Source: Candidatus Woesearchaeota archaeon (GTDB lineage Archaea > Nanobdellota > Nanobdellia > Woesearchaeales > UBA10216). From it: a stretch of DNA of 64,000 nucleotides. The notes beneath the pieces were generated by a model. It saw only the letters and a program-made list of their open reading frames with translations, was not told where the DNA came from and did no database searches. Each line of letters begins with the position of its first letter. The stretch's first letter is position 1. The position numbers were made by a program, and so were the translations under genes. The stretch covers positions 68,655-132,654 of the forward strand of contig JACPIH010000002.1 of assembly GCA_016188155.1 (NCBI GenBank), written 5' to 3'. This document shows positions 19,211 to 30,292 of the stretch, piece by piece.

Positions 19211-20127
19211 TCTACCCTCCTCCAATAATCCAGCAGGTCAGAAAGTGTCTGGTCAAAGCCAATCACAGGCTTCCATCCTGTTGCGGCCATAAGCTTTGAG
19301 TTGTCACCGTGAAGGACAGGCACAGTCTTCCCCATAACCCTGGAAGAGTCCTGCTCAATTTTGACTTTTAAGCCGCTGATTTCAATCAGCTTGGCAAGAA
19401 CCTCGCCAATTGTGCAGGCCTTGCCGCTGCAGACGTTGTAAACATCGCCAAAAGAGCCCTTCATAAGCAGAAGAAGATAAGCATTAACAACATCCCTAAC
19501 ATCTGCAAAGTCCCTCTTCACAGTGAGGTCACCAACCTTCACAGCAGGCTGTTGCTTGCTTTTTTCTATATCAGCAAGCTGCTTCGCAAAGTTCGAGCAG
19601 ACGAGCTCCGAAGGCTGGCCAGGGCCGGTATGGTTGAAGCTTCTGGTAATTACTATCCGCACCCCCCTTCGGGAATGCTCCAGCGCAACTTTCTCCTGCT
19701 CCACTCTTGACTCGCCGTAAGGGCTGACTGGCTGCAAAGGGTGATTCTCGGCTGTCGGGAATTTCTTTGCAACGCCATACACCTCTGCAGATGAAACTAT
19801 CAGAATTTTCGGGTTAATCCCAGAGGCGGCAACGGCTTCGAGAAGGTTTTTCGTGCCGCCAACATTAACCTTCCTTGTGAGCTCAGGCTCCTTCCAGCTA
19901 AGCGCAACAGAGCTCTGGCCTGCAAGGTGAAAAACAAGGTCCGGCAGAACTTTTTCCACAGCTGAAGCAACAGCCGCAGCGCGGGTTATATCGCATTGAA
20001 TAACATCACAGCCATCAGCCTTGCTGCCTTTCCTGTCAAGACCGAAGACCTCAAAGCCGTTTTTTGCAAGATGCCGGCTTAGGTAAGGGCCGACAAAGCC
20101 GCCAACACCGGTAATAAGCGCTTTCAT
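19207..20127 (-). CDS. rmd: GDP-4-keto-6-deoxy-D-mannose reductase-like SDR (GDP-D-rhamnose pathway)
   Basis: ITGVGGFVG, HLAGQSSV, RSFNHTGPGQ and KRDFADVRDVV; directly downstream of gmd. The catalytic motif reads YGESR rather than YxxxK. Confidence 0.75.
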   Translation of the reverse strand: MKALITGVGGFVGPYLSRHLAKNGFEVFGLDRKGSKADGCDVIQCDITRAAAVASAVEKVLPDLVFHLAGQSSVALSWKEPELTRKVNVGGTKNLLEAVAASGINPKILIVSSAEVYGVAKKFPTAENHPLQPVSPYGESRVEQEKVALEHSRRGVRIVITRSFNHTGPGQPSELVCSNFAKQLADIEKSKQQPAVKVGDLTVKRDFADVRDVVNAYLLLLMKGSFGDVYNVCSGKACTIGEVLAKLIEISGLKVKIEQDSSRVMGKTVPVLHGDNSKLMAATGWKPVIGFDQTLSDLLDYWRRVE

Positions 20128-20153
20128 CAGCAGCAAAGAGAAAGAAGGGCTAT

Positions 20154-21221
<1,068 letters not shown>

Positions 21222-21224
21222 TTA

Positions 21225-22286
21225 TCAAGAGAGAAAGCCAACTGCTGCGGGCACGCTGTGATGGACGCTGTACGGCCTCAGGGAGCTTAAGGCATTTATT
21301 GCTCCAACAGTTGTTCTTTGCATTCTGGCCAGTGGCACACTGTAAAGCCGTGTGTGTTCTTCTCTAGCTCCGGGGCTGGCAAGGCACTCCTTGGCAATGT
21401 TTTCAAAACTCCTTTTAGAGTTCACTGTAACGAAAAAGGCAGGCTGGCCGTTAGTCAGGTCCCTTACAAACCAGACTTTACCAATCTCATAGTCTGGTTG
21501 TGCCAACGTGAGTTCGTCCGAAAGCTCCTTTGCCACATCCTTTCTGATGACATTAGCTGTGTCTTCATCCCACCCTGGCGTGCTTCCCGGAAGGCAAATT
21601 GTTCCGCCAGCTACTGCAAGTCCCCTTCCCTTTTTCACAAGTAGTAATTCCTTGCTGTTGTTTAGCAGAACCATGTAGGCTATCCCGATGCGGTTTGCCA
21701 TCGCAGAATCGCGAGGATGCATCATTCTCCCGTTTTGTGTTTCATAGTCCCTTAGGGTTTTTTCCTCGCCAAAAGCAGGATCAAACTGGCTCAGACGGGC
21801 ATCCATTGCCAAGTTTGACCACATAAAATCGAAGTAGCCCGTTTTTCTTACGTCAAGGGTGAGCCTGCCTCTTTTACCAAACTCATAATCTGCAAGTCCT
21901 ATTCCTTGACCATTCCGCGCAGTTGGGCTTAACCGGGCGTTCAAATACTCTTTGGCGAATTGCTTAAACCGCTCAGGTATGGAATAAGGCTGGTCAAGTG
22001 CTTGCACAATAACCTGTTCAATGCCATCAACTCTTTCAATGGCAGCAACTGGAATAACGCTCCCGTTCACTCTAACAAGTCCTTCCTCATTCCGATAAAG
22101 CTGTCCGTAATTGACAGCCTTGCGCCTAATTACTGGCGCCTTGTTGCCGGCTCTGATTGTTTGTATCAATTCAGGAGAGTCTTCAGCCTGCAGGACAACC
22201 TCATCGATAGTTAGCCCATTCAGCTTTAAGTGATTGATCTCCATTTCATTTGGGGTTTCAGTTCCCGCTTTATAAATATTTCTCAT
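21225..22286 (-). CDS. Hypothetical protein with a divergent Nudix-fold C-terminal domain (NUDT22-like by eye)
   Basis: RIGIAYMVLL..LLVKKG..CLPGS..KELSDELTL resembles a degenerate Nudix box. Confidence 0.5.
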   Translation of the reverse strand: MRNIYKAGTETPNEMEINHLKLNGLTIDEVVLQAEDSPELIQTIRAGNKAPVIRRKAVNYGQLYRNEEGLVRVNGSVIPVAAIERVDGIEQVIVQALDQPYSIPERFKQFAKEYLNARLSPTARNGQGIGLADYEFGKRGRLTLDVRKTGYFDFMWSNLAMDARLSQFDPAFGEEKTLRDYETQNGRMMHPRDSAMANRIGIAYMVLLNNSKELLLVKKGRGLAVAGGTICLPGSTPGWDEDTANVIRKDVAKELSDELTLAQPDYEIGKVWFVRDLTNGQPAFFVTVNSKRSFENIAKECLASPGAREEHTRLYSVPLARMQRTTVGAINALSSLRPYSVHHSVPAAVGFLS

Positions 22287-22344
22287 CTTTTACAACTTTA
22301 CGGGGATAACAATGTTTTAATACTGTGGTTGCTGCCGTGCCCGT

Positions 22345-22983
22345 ATGGATGAAATCAGGGTTATTTTATGGGACATTGGAGGCGTGATTCAGCCTGATGA
22401 CAGGCTTCCCCCAAAAATCCTTGGCATCTCACCAGAAAAGTATGCAAGGCTGGTGGATAAGGAAGAATACCAGCTCTACTTTAAGGGCCTTCGCAGCATT
22501 GAGGAAATGCCCCCTTTTGCACTCCGTTATCTTGGCAGTGAAATAACTCCAGCAAATATTCGGCAAGTAAAGGCTGCCATCTTGGCAACGTGGGAGCCTC
22601 CGAGGCCTGACGTGGTTGCCCTAATCAAGAAAATTCCAGACAGGTTCAGGAAGATGGTTCTTTCTACTGTACCTTATGACATGGAAATCTTTGCCAGGGA
22701 AGCCCATGAAAAAGGGCTTTACCCACCAGAACAGCAGTATCTCCAACTGTTCCGGGATGGTGACATGCTTTTTTCAAACCGGATACATGCGACTAAGAAG
22801 GAAAAAGCGGCATTTGCTGCTGTGTACGATGTTTGCCGCATAGACCCAAAGTATTGGTTATTTATAGATGACCGCCAGCCAAACCTGAGTGTTGCGAAAG
22901 AGTTCGGGGTTGGCCATGTCCTGCTTTACACAACAACCGCTAAGCTGGAAAAGGAGCTGACTATGCTTGGCGTATTGGCATAG
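22345..22983 (+). CDS. HAD phosphatase (YihX/glucose-1-phosphatase-like)
   Basis: WDIGGV and FIDDRQPN motifs. Confidence 0.8.
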   Translation: MDEIRVILWDIGGVIQPDDRLPPKILGISPEKYARLVDKEEYQLYFKGLRSIEEMPPFALRYLGSEITPANIRQVKAAILATWEPPRPDVVALIKKIPDRFRKMVLSTVPYDMEIFAREAHEKGLYPPEQQYLQLFRDGDMLFSNRIHATKKEKAAFAAVYDVCRIDPKYWLFIDDRQPNLSVAKEFGVGHVLLYTTTAKLEKELTMLGVLA

Positions 22984-23043
22984 CCTTAAAAACCCCTAGT
23001 ATGTGTAGAAATTCTTTTATATGAGCTTAGCTGGTTTTGCGGC

Positions 23044-23481
23044 ATGCGCTGCATTTTTTGCGATTTCGTGTCAGGAAAAAGAAAGAGGCACAAAAACCGG
23101 TTTCCGTTCAAAAAGCTTCACGAAACAAGAAACGTTGTTGCGTTCTTGTCAGTCGATTTTCCAGCAACCGAAAACGGCCACACCATTGTTATCCCGAAGA
23201 GGCATTTTAAGCTGCTGGAGAGTGTTCCTGATGGGATTCTCGCTGAGCTAATCGGGGAAATAAAGCTGATTTCAAAGGTTCTTAGGAGAAGCAATGAGGG
23301 AACAAACGTATTGCTGAATAACGGCAGATGCGCCGGGCAGAAAGTGCCCCATGTGCACTTTCACGTGATACCGAGAAACCCCCGGGACCATATCGACGTT
23401 GAACACTTCAGGCGCAAGAAAATGTCTCTGGTTGACTTTGAAAGGCTGCATAAAGAGTTGAGAAAGAGATTTGTTAGCTGA
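23044..23481 (+). CDS. HIT-family nucleotide hydrolase
   Basis: CIFC, GHTIVIPKRH and AGQKVPHVHFHVIPR (histidine triad). Confidence 0.93.
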   Translation: MRCIFCDFVSGKRKRHKNRFPFKKLHETRNVVAFLSVDFPATENGHTIVIPKRHFKLLESVPDGILAELIGEIKLISKVLRRSNEGTNVLLNNGRCAGQKVPHVHFHVIPRNPRDHIDVEHFRRKKMSLVDFERLHKELRKRFVS

Positions 23482-23500
23482 GGTGTTGCCTAGCCGCATC

Positions 23501-24517
23501 TTATTTAAGCTTTAGCTCCTGCATCAGCTTTATGTTATGGTATAATGGGTTGTTAAGCGGGTCTTTCAGAAGCCCTTTCTTGAACGCCTCCACAAGCGTT
23601 TCCACAGCCTCTTCTACTGTGTACTTTGCAGTGAAGCCAAGAACTCTTTTTATCTTGTCTGAGTTGATATGGTAGGACCTGTTGTCATTAGTTGGCACAA
23701 CCTCCAGGTCAACTTCTATTCCAATGCCCTTCTTGACTATCCTCTTTACAAGCATCGCTATCTCGCTGACTGTGAGGTTTTGGTAGCCTGCGTTGAAGGT
23801 TTGGTGCCTCAGCTTTTCCCAGGGCGCTGCCAGCAGCAGCTCGTATGCCCTTACCATATCCTTGATATTCAAGTTAGGCCTTAGCTGGTTCCCTCCGAAA
23901 ATCTTGATTTTCTTGTTCACGAGCGCGTTTATGGTTAGTATGTTCACAACAAGGTCCAGCCTGAGCCTTGGGGCGTAGCCGCACACAGTTGCCGGCCTTA
24001 TAGTGACCCATTCAATGCCTTCCCCTTCCTCTTTCAGAACCCGCTCGCATTCTGCCTTGTATTTTGAGTAGTCGGTCAGGGGCTCAAGCGTTGCCTCTTC
24101 CACGACGTTCTTTTCAGACTTAAGGCCATAAACGCTGGAAGTGCTTGCATAAATAAGCCGTTTTGCATTGTTTGCCCTTGCCGCTTCCATAACATTGTAG
24201 AATGCGTCGAAGTTGATTGACTTCCCAAGGCCTGGATCGAGTTCAAAGCTGGGGTCATTGGAGATGCACGCAAGGTGGATGATGGCATCGGAGCCTTTCG
24301 CTGCCGCCACTAGTTTTCCCCTGTCCCTTATGTCCCCTTTTATTTCTGTCAGCTTTGGGTTTTTTATGCCCTTGAAAACATCGCCGTAGATGTAGAGGTC
24401 GTAAACAACTACCTCATAGCCCCCCGCCAGCAGGCTTTGGACTAGTGCAGAGCCAACATAACCGGCGCCGCCTGTGATAAGGACTTTTTTTATGCCAACA
24501 GGATTAATTTTTATCAC
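23501..24517 (-). CDS. NAD-dependent epimerase/dehydratase (extended SDR)
   Basis: ITGGAGYVGS, HLACISNDPS, YSKYK and RPATVCGYAPRLRLDL. The start is probably the GTG near 24517, not the track start. Confidence 0.9.
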   Translation of the reverse strand: MIKINPVGIKKVLITGGAGYVGSALVQSLLAGGYEVVVYDLYIYGDVFKGIKNPKLTEIKGDIRDRGKLVAAAKGSDAIIHLACISNDPSFELDPGLGKSINFDAFYNVMEAARANNAKRLIYASTSSVYGLKSEKNVVEEATLEPLTDYSKYKAECERVLKEEGEGIEWVTIRPATVCGYAPRLRLDLVVNILTINALVNKKIKIFGGNQLRPNLNIKDMVRAYELLLAAPWEKLRHQTFNAGYQNLTVSEIAMLVKRIVKKGIGIEVDLEVVPTNDNRSYHINSDKIKRVLGFTAKYTVEEAVETLVEAFKKGLLKDPLNNPLYHNIKLMQELKLK

Positions 24518-25526
24518 CTTTGCCTTTCCCGAGGTATTTGAACCATTTCTCGGTTGCCTGTCCGATTGATTTCTCATCCCAGAGAGGGGCGTCTTTCCAG
24601 TAATCAATGTTATCCAGCATAATTTTTACGCCTTCTTCAAACGACACTTCAGGTTCCCATTTAAGAAGCTTTCGAGCCTTTGTGATATCCGCGTGGGTGC
24701 TGTCAGGCTCACCAGGCCGTTTTGGAATGTGTAGTGTTTTGCCGCCTATTAATCTGGCGAGGTGGTTGACTGACTGCGGTTTTCCGGTGCCGATGTTGAT
24801 AATTTCGCCAACAACGTCAGATTCTGCAGCGATGAGGGTTGCTTTTGCAACATCGGTTACATAAGTGAAGTCTCTCGTTTGGGTTCCATCCCCAACAATG
24901 GTAAGCGGCCGATTATGCAATTTCTGTGCAAGGAAGACCTTGAAAACAGCTCCGTATGTGTCATTCGTTCTGGCTCGTGTTCCGTATGCGTTGAAGTACC
25001 TCAATGATACTACAGGAAGACCGTAGAGCTTGTGCCAGAACATCACGTAAAGCTCTCCAACGTACTTGGTGAAGGCGTACGGGTATTGCGGCCTTATCTC
25101 GGCAGTTTCAGGCGTGGGAAACTGGTCTGGTATGCCGTAGCAGGAGGAAGAGGCGCTGTAAACGAGTTTTTTAATGCCATATTTCCTGCACGCTTCCAGC
25201 ACTTTGATTGTGCCTGTTACGTTTACTTCGTGGTATCTTTGCGGCTGCTCAATGGATGGAACAATGTCGGCAAGGGCCGCCATGTGAAAGACGTAAGTTG
25301 CGCCCTTAAACAAGGAATCATCGAATTCCCCTGACAGGTCAATCCTGTGAAACTCATAGTTCTGGTTGCCTTTGAACAAGTCAATGTTGTCCTGCTGGCC
25401 GTTGGACATGTCATCAATGGCAACCACGCGGTAGCCTTTGCTGAGAAGCAGTTCAGTCAGGTGCGAGCCGATAAAGCCTGCGCCACCAGTTACAATGGCT
25501 TTTTTCCCGTCTTTCATGTATGCCAT
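24504..25526 (-). CDS. NAD-dependent epimerase (UDP-hexose 4-epimerase-like)
   Basis: [29 protein letters not shown] and GDGTQTRDFTYV. Confidence 0.9.
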   Translation of the reverse strand: MAYMKDGKKAIVTGGAGFIGSHLTELLLSKGYRVVAIDDMSNGQQDNIDLFKGNQNYEFHRIDLSGEFDDSLFKGATYVFHMAALADIVPSIEQPQRYHEVNVTGTIKVLEACRKYGIKKLVYSASSSCYGIPDQFPTPETAEIRPQYPYAFTKYVGELYVMFWHKLYGLPVVSLRYFNAYGTRARTNDTYGAVFKVFLAQKLHNRPLTIVGDGTQTRDFTYVTDVAKATLIAAESDVVGEIINIGTGKPQSVNHLARLIGGKTLHIPKRPGEPDSTHADITKARKLLKWEPEVSFEEGVKIMLDNIDYWKDAPLWDEKSIGQATEKWFKYLGKGKGDKN

Positions 25527-25591
25527 ATTATCAGAAGGGTTGACTGTGCGACTTCTTTAAATTTTCCATTTAATGGTATTCAATGGGGCAG

Positions 25592-26224
25592 TCAAATTGG
25601 TTGTTGCAGCTTTTCCGCTGCCACAGAATTTGCCGATTGGGGTTCGCTGACTTCTTTAATCCTCTCATGCAAATATGATGCTATGAGATGGTGCACCATG
25701 AGGTGGCAGCTCTCTACCCTGCCATAATGGTTTGATTTCACAAGGACCGTATGGTCTGCTATGTTCATTAACTTTCCGCCATCAAAGCCGAGCAAGGCAA
25801 TGGTCTTGGCCCCAAACTTCTTGGCAAGCTCAACTCCCTTAATTACGTTTGGGGAATTGCCGCTTCCGCTAATGGCAATGACAACATCACCCTTATTTAC
25901 ATAATGGTTGAGCTGCTGGGAAAACATGTCATCATACGAAAGGTCATTTGCAAAAGCCGTCATTAAGGCAACGTTATCGGTCAGGGATATGACGCGAAAG
26001 CGCTTTTCCGTGTGGTCATAGACCCTTTGCAAAGTGCCTTTTGCTATGTCACAGGCGAAATGGGAGGCTGTTGAGGCACTCCCGCCATTCCCGAAGATAA
26101 AGACCTGCTTGCCTTCTTTCCATGCGTCGAACAGTACATCTACAACGTGCTTTACATCTTCAGGACGTATCGAGTCCATGTCTTTTTTCTCTTGTTCGAT
26201 GTAGTTCCTTATGTATTGGACCAT
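25592..26224 (-). CDS. gmhA: SIS-domain phosphosugar isomerase (sedoheptulose-7-phosphate isomerase-like)
   Basis: FGNGGSASTASHF, TAFAND, ISGSGNSPNV, GFDGG and ESCH. Confidence 0.85.
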   Translation of the reverse strand: MVQYIRNYIEQEKKDMDSIRPEDVKHVVDVLFDAWKEGKQVFIFGNGGSASTASHFACDIAKGTLQRVYDHTEKRFRVISLTDNVALMTAFANDLSYDDMFSQQLNHYVNKGDVVIAISGSGNSPNVIKGVELAKKFGAKTIALLGFDGGKLMNIADHTVLVKSNHYGRVESCHLMVHHLIASYLHERIKEVSEPQSANSVAAEKLQQPI

Positions 26225-26345
26225 TTTTGTCAGGCAGCTGGCAGCAGGGGCATGTTTAAAAATTTTGTGATAGCCAAGCCGCACCGCCGCATCCCTGAGC
26301 TATTAGTAACTTAATAGTGGTCAAATATGGAAAGGTTTATAAAGC

Positions 26346-27563
26346 GTGGTTGATGCTTCAGTTTTGATGGGTATGACTTTAGACTTGTGCGTTGTTGGAG
26401 CTGGGGAATGCTACGAAAAATATTTCTTGCCAGCCGACAGGCTTCTCAGGGAGCATGGTATCGCGGCCATCCGAACAGTTATTGACGTGAAAGACCCTGC
26501 AGGTGTCCGCCTCCCTACTGGCGCAGCTTATCTCAAACGCCGGGAACCGCAGCAGCCACTTGACCAATTATTAACAGGTACAAAAAACGATATTGTAGTT
26601 CTTGCACATTCAAATGATTTCCATACGCCTGACGCAGAAGAACTCGTCCGCCACGGTTACAAGGTTGTTGTCGAAAAGCCTTACTCAGTTAACTTAGGGG
26701 AATTATCAAGGTTGCAAGCTTTGGTACAAAGCGGAAATCTCGGTCTCATCGAATATTACTTGTTTGGAAAGACGCCACAGCTCCACATACTTTCAGGAAC
26801 AATCCCTCCAGATTCCTTTTTTCTTACCACGCCAGGCCTGTTGAAAGGCGATGTTGCAGAATTAAGACAAAATGCTGGGCGATTGCAGGACATAGTTGGC
26901 AAAGTAAACTATGTTCAAATACAGTTCTTGGAAGGCGCAAACGACACTGGCAGCCTAATGCATCGGCATGACAGCACAAGCATTGCAAGCTTAGGCGGCG
27001 GTACAATTAGCGATGATGCAATCCATTGCTTTGCAATTGTCACGTCACTGGAGCACGTAATGGGCAAGATAACAGAACTAAACTCTGTCAAGGCTGCCGT
27101 GTGCCAGGAGCATCAGCAGCATTTTATGGGAAAAGGTTACAAGGCCGTGGATGTTGCTGAAACATACGCGAGCATTCGGCTAAGCGCTGGCGATGTCCCC
27201 ATCAGCTTTACCGTCGGCAAATACGTCCTTGGGTGGCCTAACAATGGCAGGAACCATCGCAACCTCCTAATAGTTGGCACTAACGGGAAGATAGATGTTG
27301 ACCTTTCAAGTTGCACCATGGCAGTCTATGAAGGCGATTCGGTAGAGCCGCGATGGAAAGTTGGCGTTGAACGCGAGCAGTTCCCAAGATACTACGCTGT
27401 TGTCCGGGCGGCGATAGAAGGGTTTGATGGCAAATTCAAAAGCCTCACGCCAACAATTCTGGAAGCCCAGGCCCATGTGCTTGAATCAGTTGATGTTGCG
27501 AAGCGCCAATACGGCAATATGCCTGCATACCCGGCAGGCGCAGAAGCACACGAAATTCAATAA
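26346..27563 (+). CDS. Gfo/Idh/MocA-family oxidoreductase (divergent)
   Basis: VVGAG Rossmann start, VVEKP, GGGTISDDAIH and IVGTNG. Confidence 0.75.
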   Translation: MVDASVLMGMTLDLCVVGAGECYEKYFLPADRLLREHGIAAIRTVIDVKDPAGVRLPTGAAYLKRREPQQPLDQLLTGTKNDIVVLAHSNDFHTPDAEELVRHGYKVVVEKPYSVNLGELSRLQALVQSGNLGLIEYYLFGKTPQLHILSGTIPPDSFFLTTPGLLKGDVAELRQNAGRLQDIVGKVNYVQIQFLEGANDTGSLMHRHDSTSIASLGGGTISDDAIHCFAIVTSLEHVMGKITELNSVKAAVCQEHQQHFMGKGYKAVDVAETYASIRLSAGDVPISFTVGKYVLGWPNNGRNHRNLLIVGTNGKIDVDLSSCTMAVYEGDSVEPRWKVGVEREQFPRYYAVVRAAIEGFDGKFKSLTPTILEAQAHVLESVDVAKRQYGNMPAYPAGAEAHEIQ

Positions 27564-27668
27564 ACAGCGGAAGGCAGGGCTATAAGTTCTGGGTTATCGC
27601 GCAGAAAGCGAAATGAGAACAGTTTTGGAAGCGCAAACTTTATAAAATCCGGTGAAAATGGCTTTTTC

Positions 27669-28322
27669 ATGATGGAAGTAAATCTTTTGGATTTGTATCC
27701 AAAAACCAAGCGTAATCCGGACGAACGTGCCGAAACTATAAATGATGAAGACAAGAGAATTGCAAAACAGTTTGGCAAGGAATTTTTTGATGGCTCCAGA
27801 AATACGGGTTACGGGGGCTACAGGTATGATGGCCGGTGGGTTCCGGTAGTTGAGCGCTTTGCCCAGCACTACGGCTTAACCGCAGGCAGCTCAGTTCTTG
27901 ACGTTGGCTGCGCAAAGGGGTTTATGCTGCACGACTTTCAGAAGGCAGTCCCGGGCATTACCGTCGAGGGCATTGACATTTCCCAGTATGCGATTGACAA
28001 TGCTATGGAGGGCGTTAAGCCGTTTCTTCACGTTGGTAATGCAAAGGACCTTTCCAGCTATGGCGATAAGTCTTTTACCCTGGTGGTCTCAATTACCACG
28101 GTTCACAATCTCAGGCTTGCAGACTGCAAAATGGCCTTAAGGGAAATCCAGCGTGTTGGCAAGCATGCCTTCATAACCGTAGATGCGTGGCGCAATCCTG
28201 AAGAGGAAGCCAGGATGAAGAAGTGGAACATCACGGCAGAGACTTTCATGCATGTTGATGACTGGAAAAGGCTATTTGATGAGGTTGGCTATACGGGGGA
28301 TTACTACTGGTTTATTCCCTGA
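27669..28322 (+). CDS. Class I SAM-dependent methyltransferase
   Basis: GYGGYRYDGRW, VLDVGCAKGF and GIDISQYA. Confidence 0.9.
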   Translation: MMEVNLLDLYPKTKRNPDERAETINDEDKRIAKQFGKEFFDGSRNTGYGGYRYDGRWVPVVERFAQHYGLTAGSSVLDVGCAKGFMLHDFQKAVPGITVEGIDISQYAIDNAMEGVKPFLHVGNAKDLSSYGDKSFTLVVSITTVHNLRLADCKMALREIQRVGKHAFITVDAWRNPEEEARMKKWNITAETFMHVDDWKRLFDEVGYTGDYYWFIP

Positions 28323-28350
28323 ATAAATTCTTGAATAAACGTGAAGCAAG

Positions 28351-29412
28351 ATGAGATTTAAAGCAGCTGTTCTTTACGAACAAAACAAGCCTTTGGTAAT
28401 TGAGGAGCTTGAAACGCAAGCGCTTGGGCACGGCCAGGTACTGGTGAAAATTCTCTACAGCGGCATTTGCCAAACGCAGGTTAACGAAGTAAAGGGCATA
28501 AAGGGCCCTGACAAGTACATACCTCACTGCCTTGGCCACGAAGCGTCAGGCATAGTTCATGAAATCGGCCCCGGCGTAACCCGTATCAGGCCGGGTGATT
28601 ACGTTGTTCTGTCATGGATAAAGGGCCCGGGCCTTGAAGTCCCATCAATGCAATATTTGCGGGGCGCCTCTAAAATAAACGCTGGCGCAGTAACCACATT
28701 TAACACGTTTTCCGTGGTTTCGGAAAACCGCATTACTAAAATTCCAAAACAGGTTCCAGCTGACGTTGCTGCGCTGCTTGGCTGCGCTGTCCCTACCGGT
28801 GCGGGAATGGTGAAGAATACCCTAAAAGCAGAGCCTGGCAGCAGCATTGCAATTTTCGGGCTTGGCGGTGTTGGGCTGAGTGCCGTATTGTTCGCAAGTG
28901 CGGTTGGCTGTGCCAAAATTATTGCTGTTGATATTCACGACTCAAAACTGGAGCTTGCGAAAAAGCTTGGTGCGACACATGTCATAAACAGCGCCAATGA
29001 GCAGGCTCTGGAAAAAATAAGGGCACTCACCGGGGGACTTATTGGGTCCGGTGCCGATTATGCAATTGAATCTTCTGGAGTAAGAGAGGTAATGGAGCTG
29101 GCATTCGAAGCCGTAAGATTCGGCGGCACCGCTGTGCTTGCAGGCAATATACGAAAGGGAGACAAGATTGCCATTGACCCGTACGCCCTTATACACGGGA
29201 AAAAGATTATTGGGACATGGGGCGGCGAAACTCGTACCGATGAGGACATACCTTTCTATGCCGAACAGTACTTGCAGGGCAAATTGAAAATTGACCAGCT
29301 AATTACGCACCGCTACAAACTTGAGGATATTAATGCGGCATTTACAGAACTTAAAGATGGCACTATGGGCAGGGCGCTGATAAAGCTTGGCGAAAAGCCT
29401 GATGAAGCGTAG
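28351..29412 (+). CDS. Zn-dependent alcohol dehydrogenase (MDR family)
   Basis: GICQT, LGHEASG, LGCAVPTG and GLGGVG; lacks the structural-Zn Cys cluster. Confidence 0.9.
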   Translation: MRFKAAVLYEQNKPLVIEELETQALGHGQVLVKILYSGICQTQVNEVKGIKGPDKYIPHCLGHEASGIVHEIGPGVTRIRPGDYVVLSWIKGPGLEVPSMQYLRGASKINAGAVTTFNTFSVVSENRITKIPKQVPADVAALLGCAVPTGAGMVKNTLKAEPGSSIAIFGLGGVGLSAVLFASAVGCAKIIAVDIHDSKLELAKKLGATHVINSANEQALEKIRALTGGLIGSGADYAIESSGVREVMELAFEAVRFGGTAVLAGNIRKGDKIAIDPYALIHGKKIIGTWGGETRTDEDIPFYAEQYLQGKLKIDQLITHRYKLEDINAAFTELKDGTMGRALIKLGEKPDEA

Positions 29413-29445
29413 CTAGCGTGGTTGCTTAGGAAGTATAACGAGAAT

Positions 29446-30291
29446 TTACGGTGCGTTCCTGTGCCTTCTCAACTTGTACATGTTGCTGTCGGACTTAAGC
29501 TCGGCAGCCAATAAGCTGCTTTCTGCGCCTTTCCACTTGTCGTGAACTACTGAAAAGTTCCTGCCGCTTGCTACGCCTCTCCCTTGGGCTTGCAGCCAAT
29601 TGATGCACCCGTAAATGTCATCCATACTTGTGCCTCCACCCTCCTGCTTCATAAACTCAACAGTTTTTTGGTAATTAATGGCACCAGCCCTTTCCTCGCC
29701 AGCCTCAAGCGTTTGGTAATGCGTTTTGCTCTTTGTCCAGCCAGGCCCCACAATGAATACGTTAAGGTCTTTTGCTTCATCATCCAACAGTTCGCACATT
29801 TTTATTAACATTATTTTTGAAGCCACATAAGCGGAGTAATTCGTGAATGGGTTATTAGCTCCAGGACCGGCAAAGAAGACAGCAGCGGCGCCTGTTTTAT
29901 TTCTATACGGGTAAAGGCCGTGCAGCACGCGCAGCTGTTCTATCGCGTTTACATGAACAGACTCGCTCCAATAGTCAAAATCAATGTCAAAGAATTTGCC
30001 TATCGGGTTTGGGGTGCCGGCACACGAAATAAAAATGTCCCAAGGAAGGTTCAGGGCAGCATACGCCTTCAAAAACGCTGATACCTGCTCTTTTTTGGCA
30101 ATATCACAAGGGAACAAACGGCAGTTCGGCAGCTTTTTAAGGCCATTGAGATGCTCTTCAGAGCGGTAAGTTCCTATTATCGCATACCCGTCTCTAGCGT
30201 ACCTAAATGCCAGTTCCCTGCCTATGTCACTGCTAATGGAGCTTAAAACTACAACCTTAATGGTAGACATGCTAGCCATGTTTGGAGACAA
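29446..30291 (-). CDS. Short-chain dehydrogenase/reductase
   Basis: SISSDIG (atypical Gly-rich loop), SCAG, YVASK and GPGW. Confidence 0.8.
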   Translation of the reverse strand: MSPNMASMSTIKVVVLSSISSDIGRELAFRYARDGYAIIGTYRSEEHLNGLKKLPNCRLFPCDIAKKEQVSAFLKAYAALNLPWDIFISCAGTPNPIGKFFDIDFDYWSESVHVNAIEQLRVLHGLYPYRNKTGAAAVFFAGPGANNPFTNYSAYVASKIMLIKMCELLDDEAKDLNVFIVGPGWTKSKTHYQTLEAGEERAGAINYQKTVEFMKQEGGGTSMDDIYGCINWLQAQGRGVASGRNFSVVHDKWKGAESSLLAAELKSDSNMYKLRRHRNAP

Positions 30292-30292
30292 T

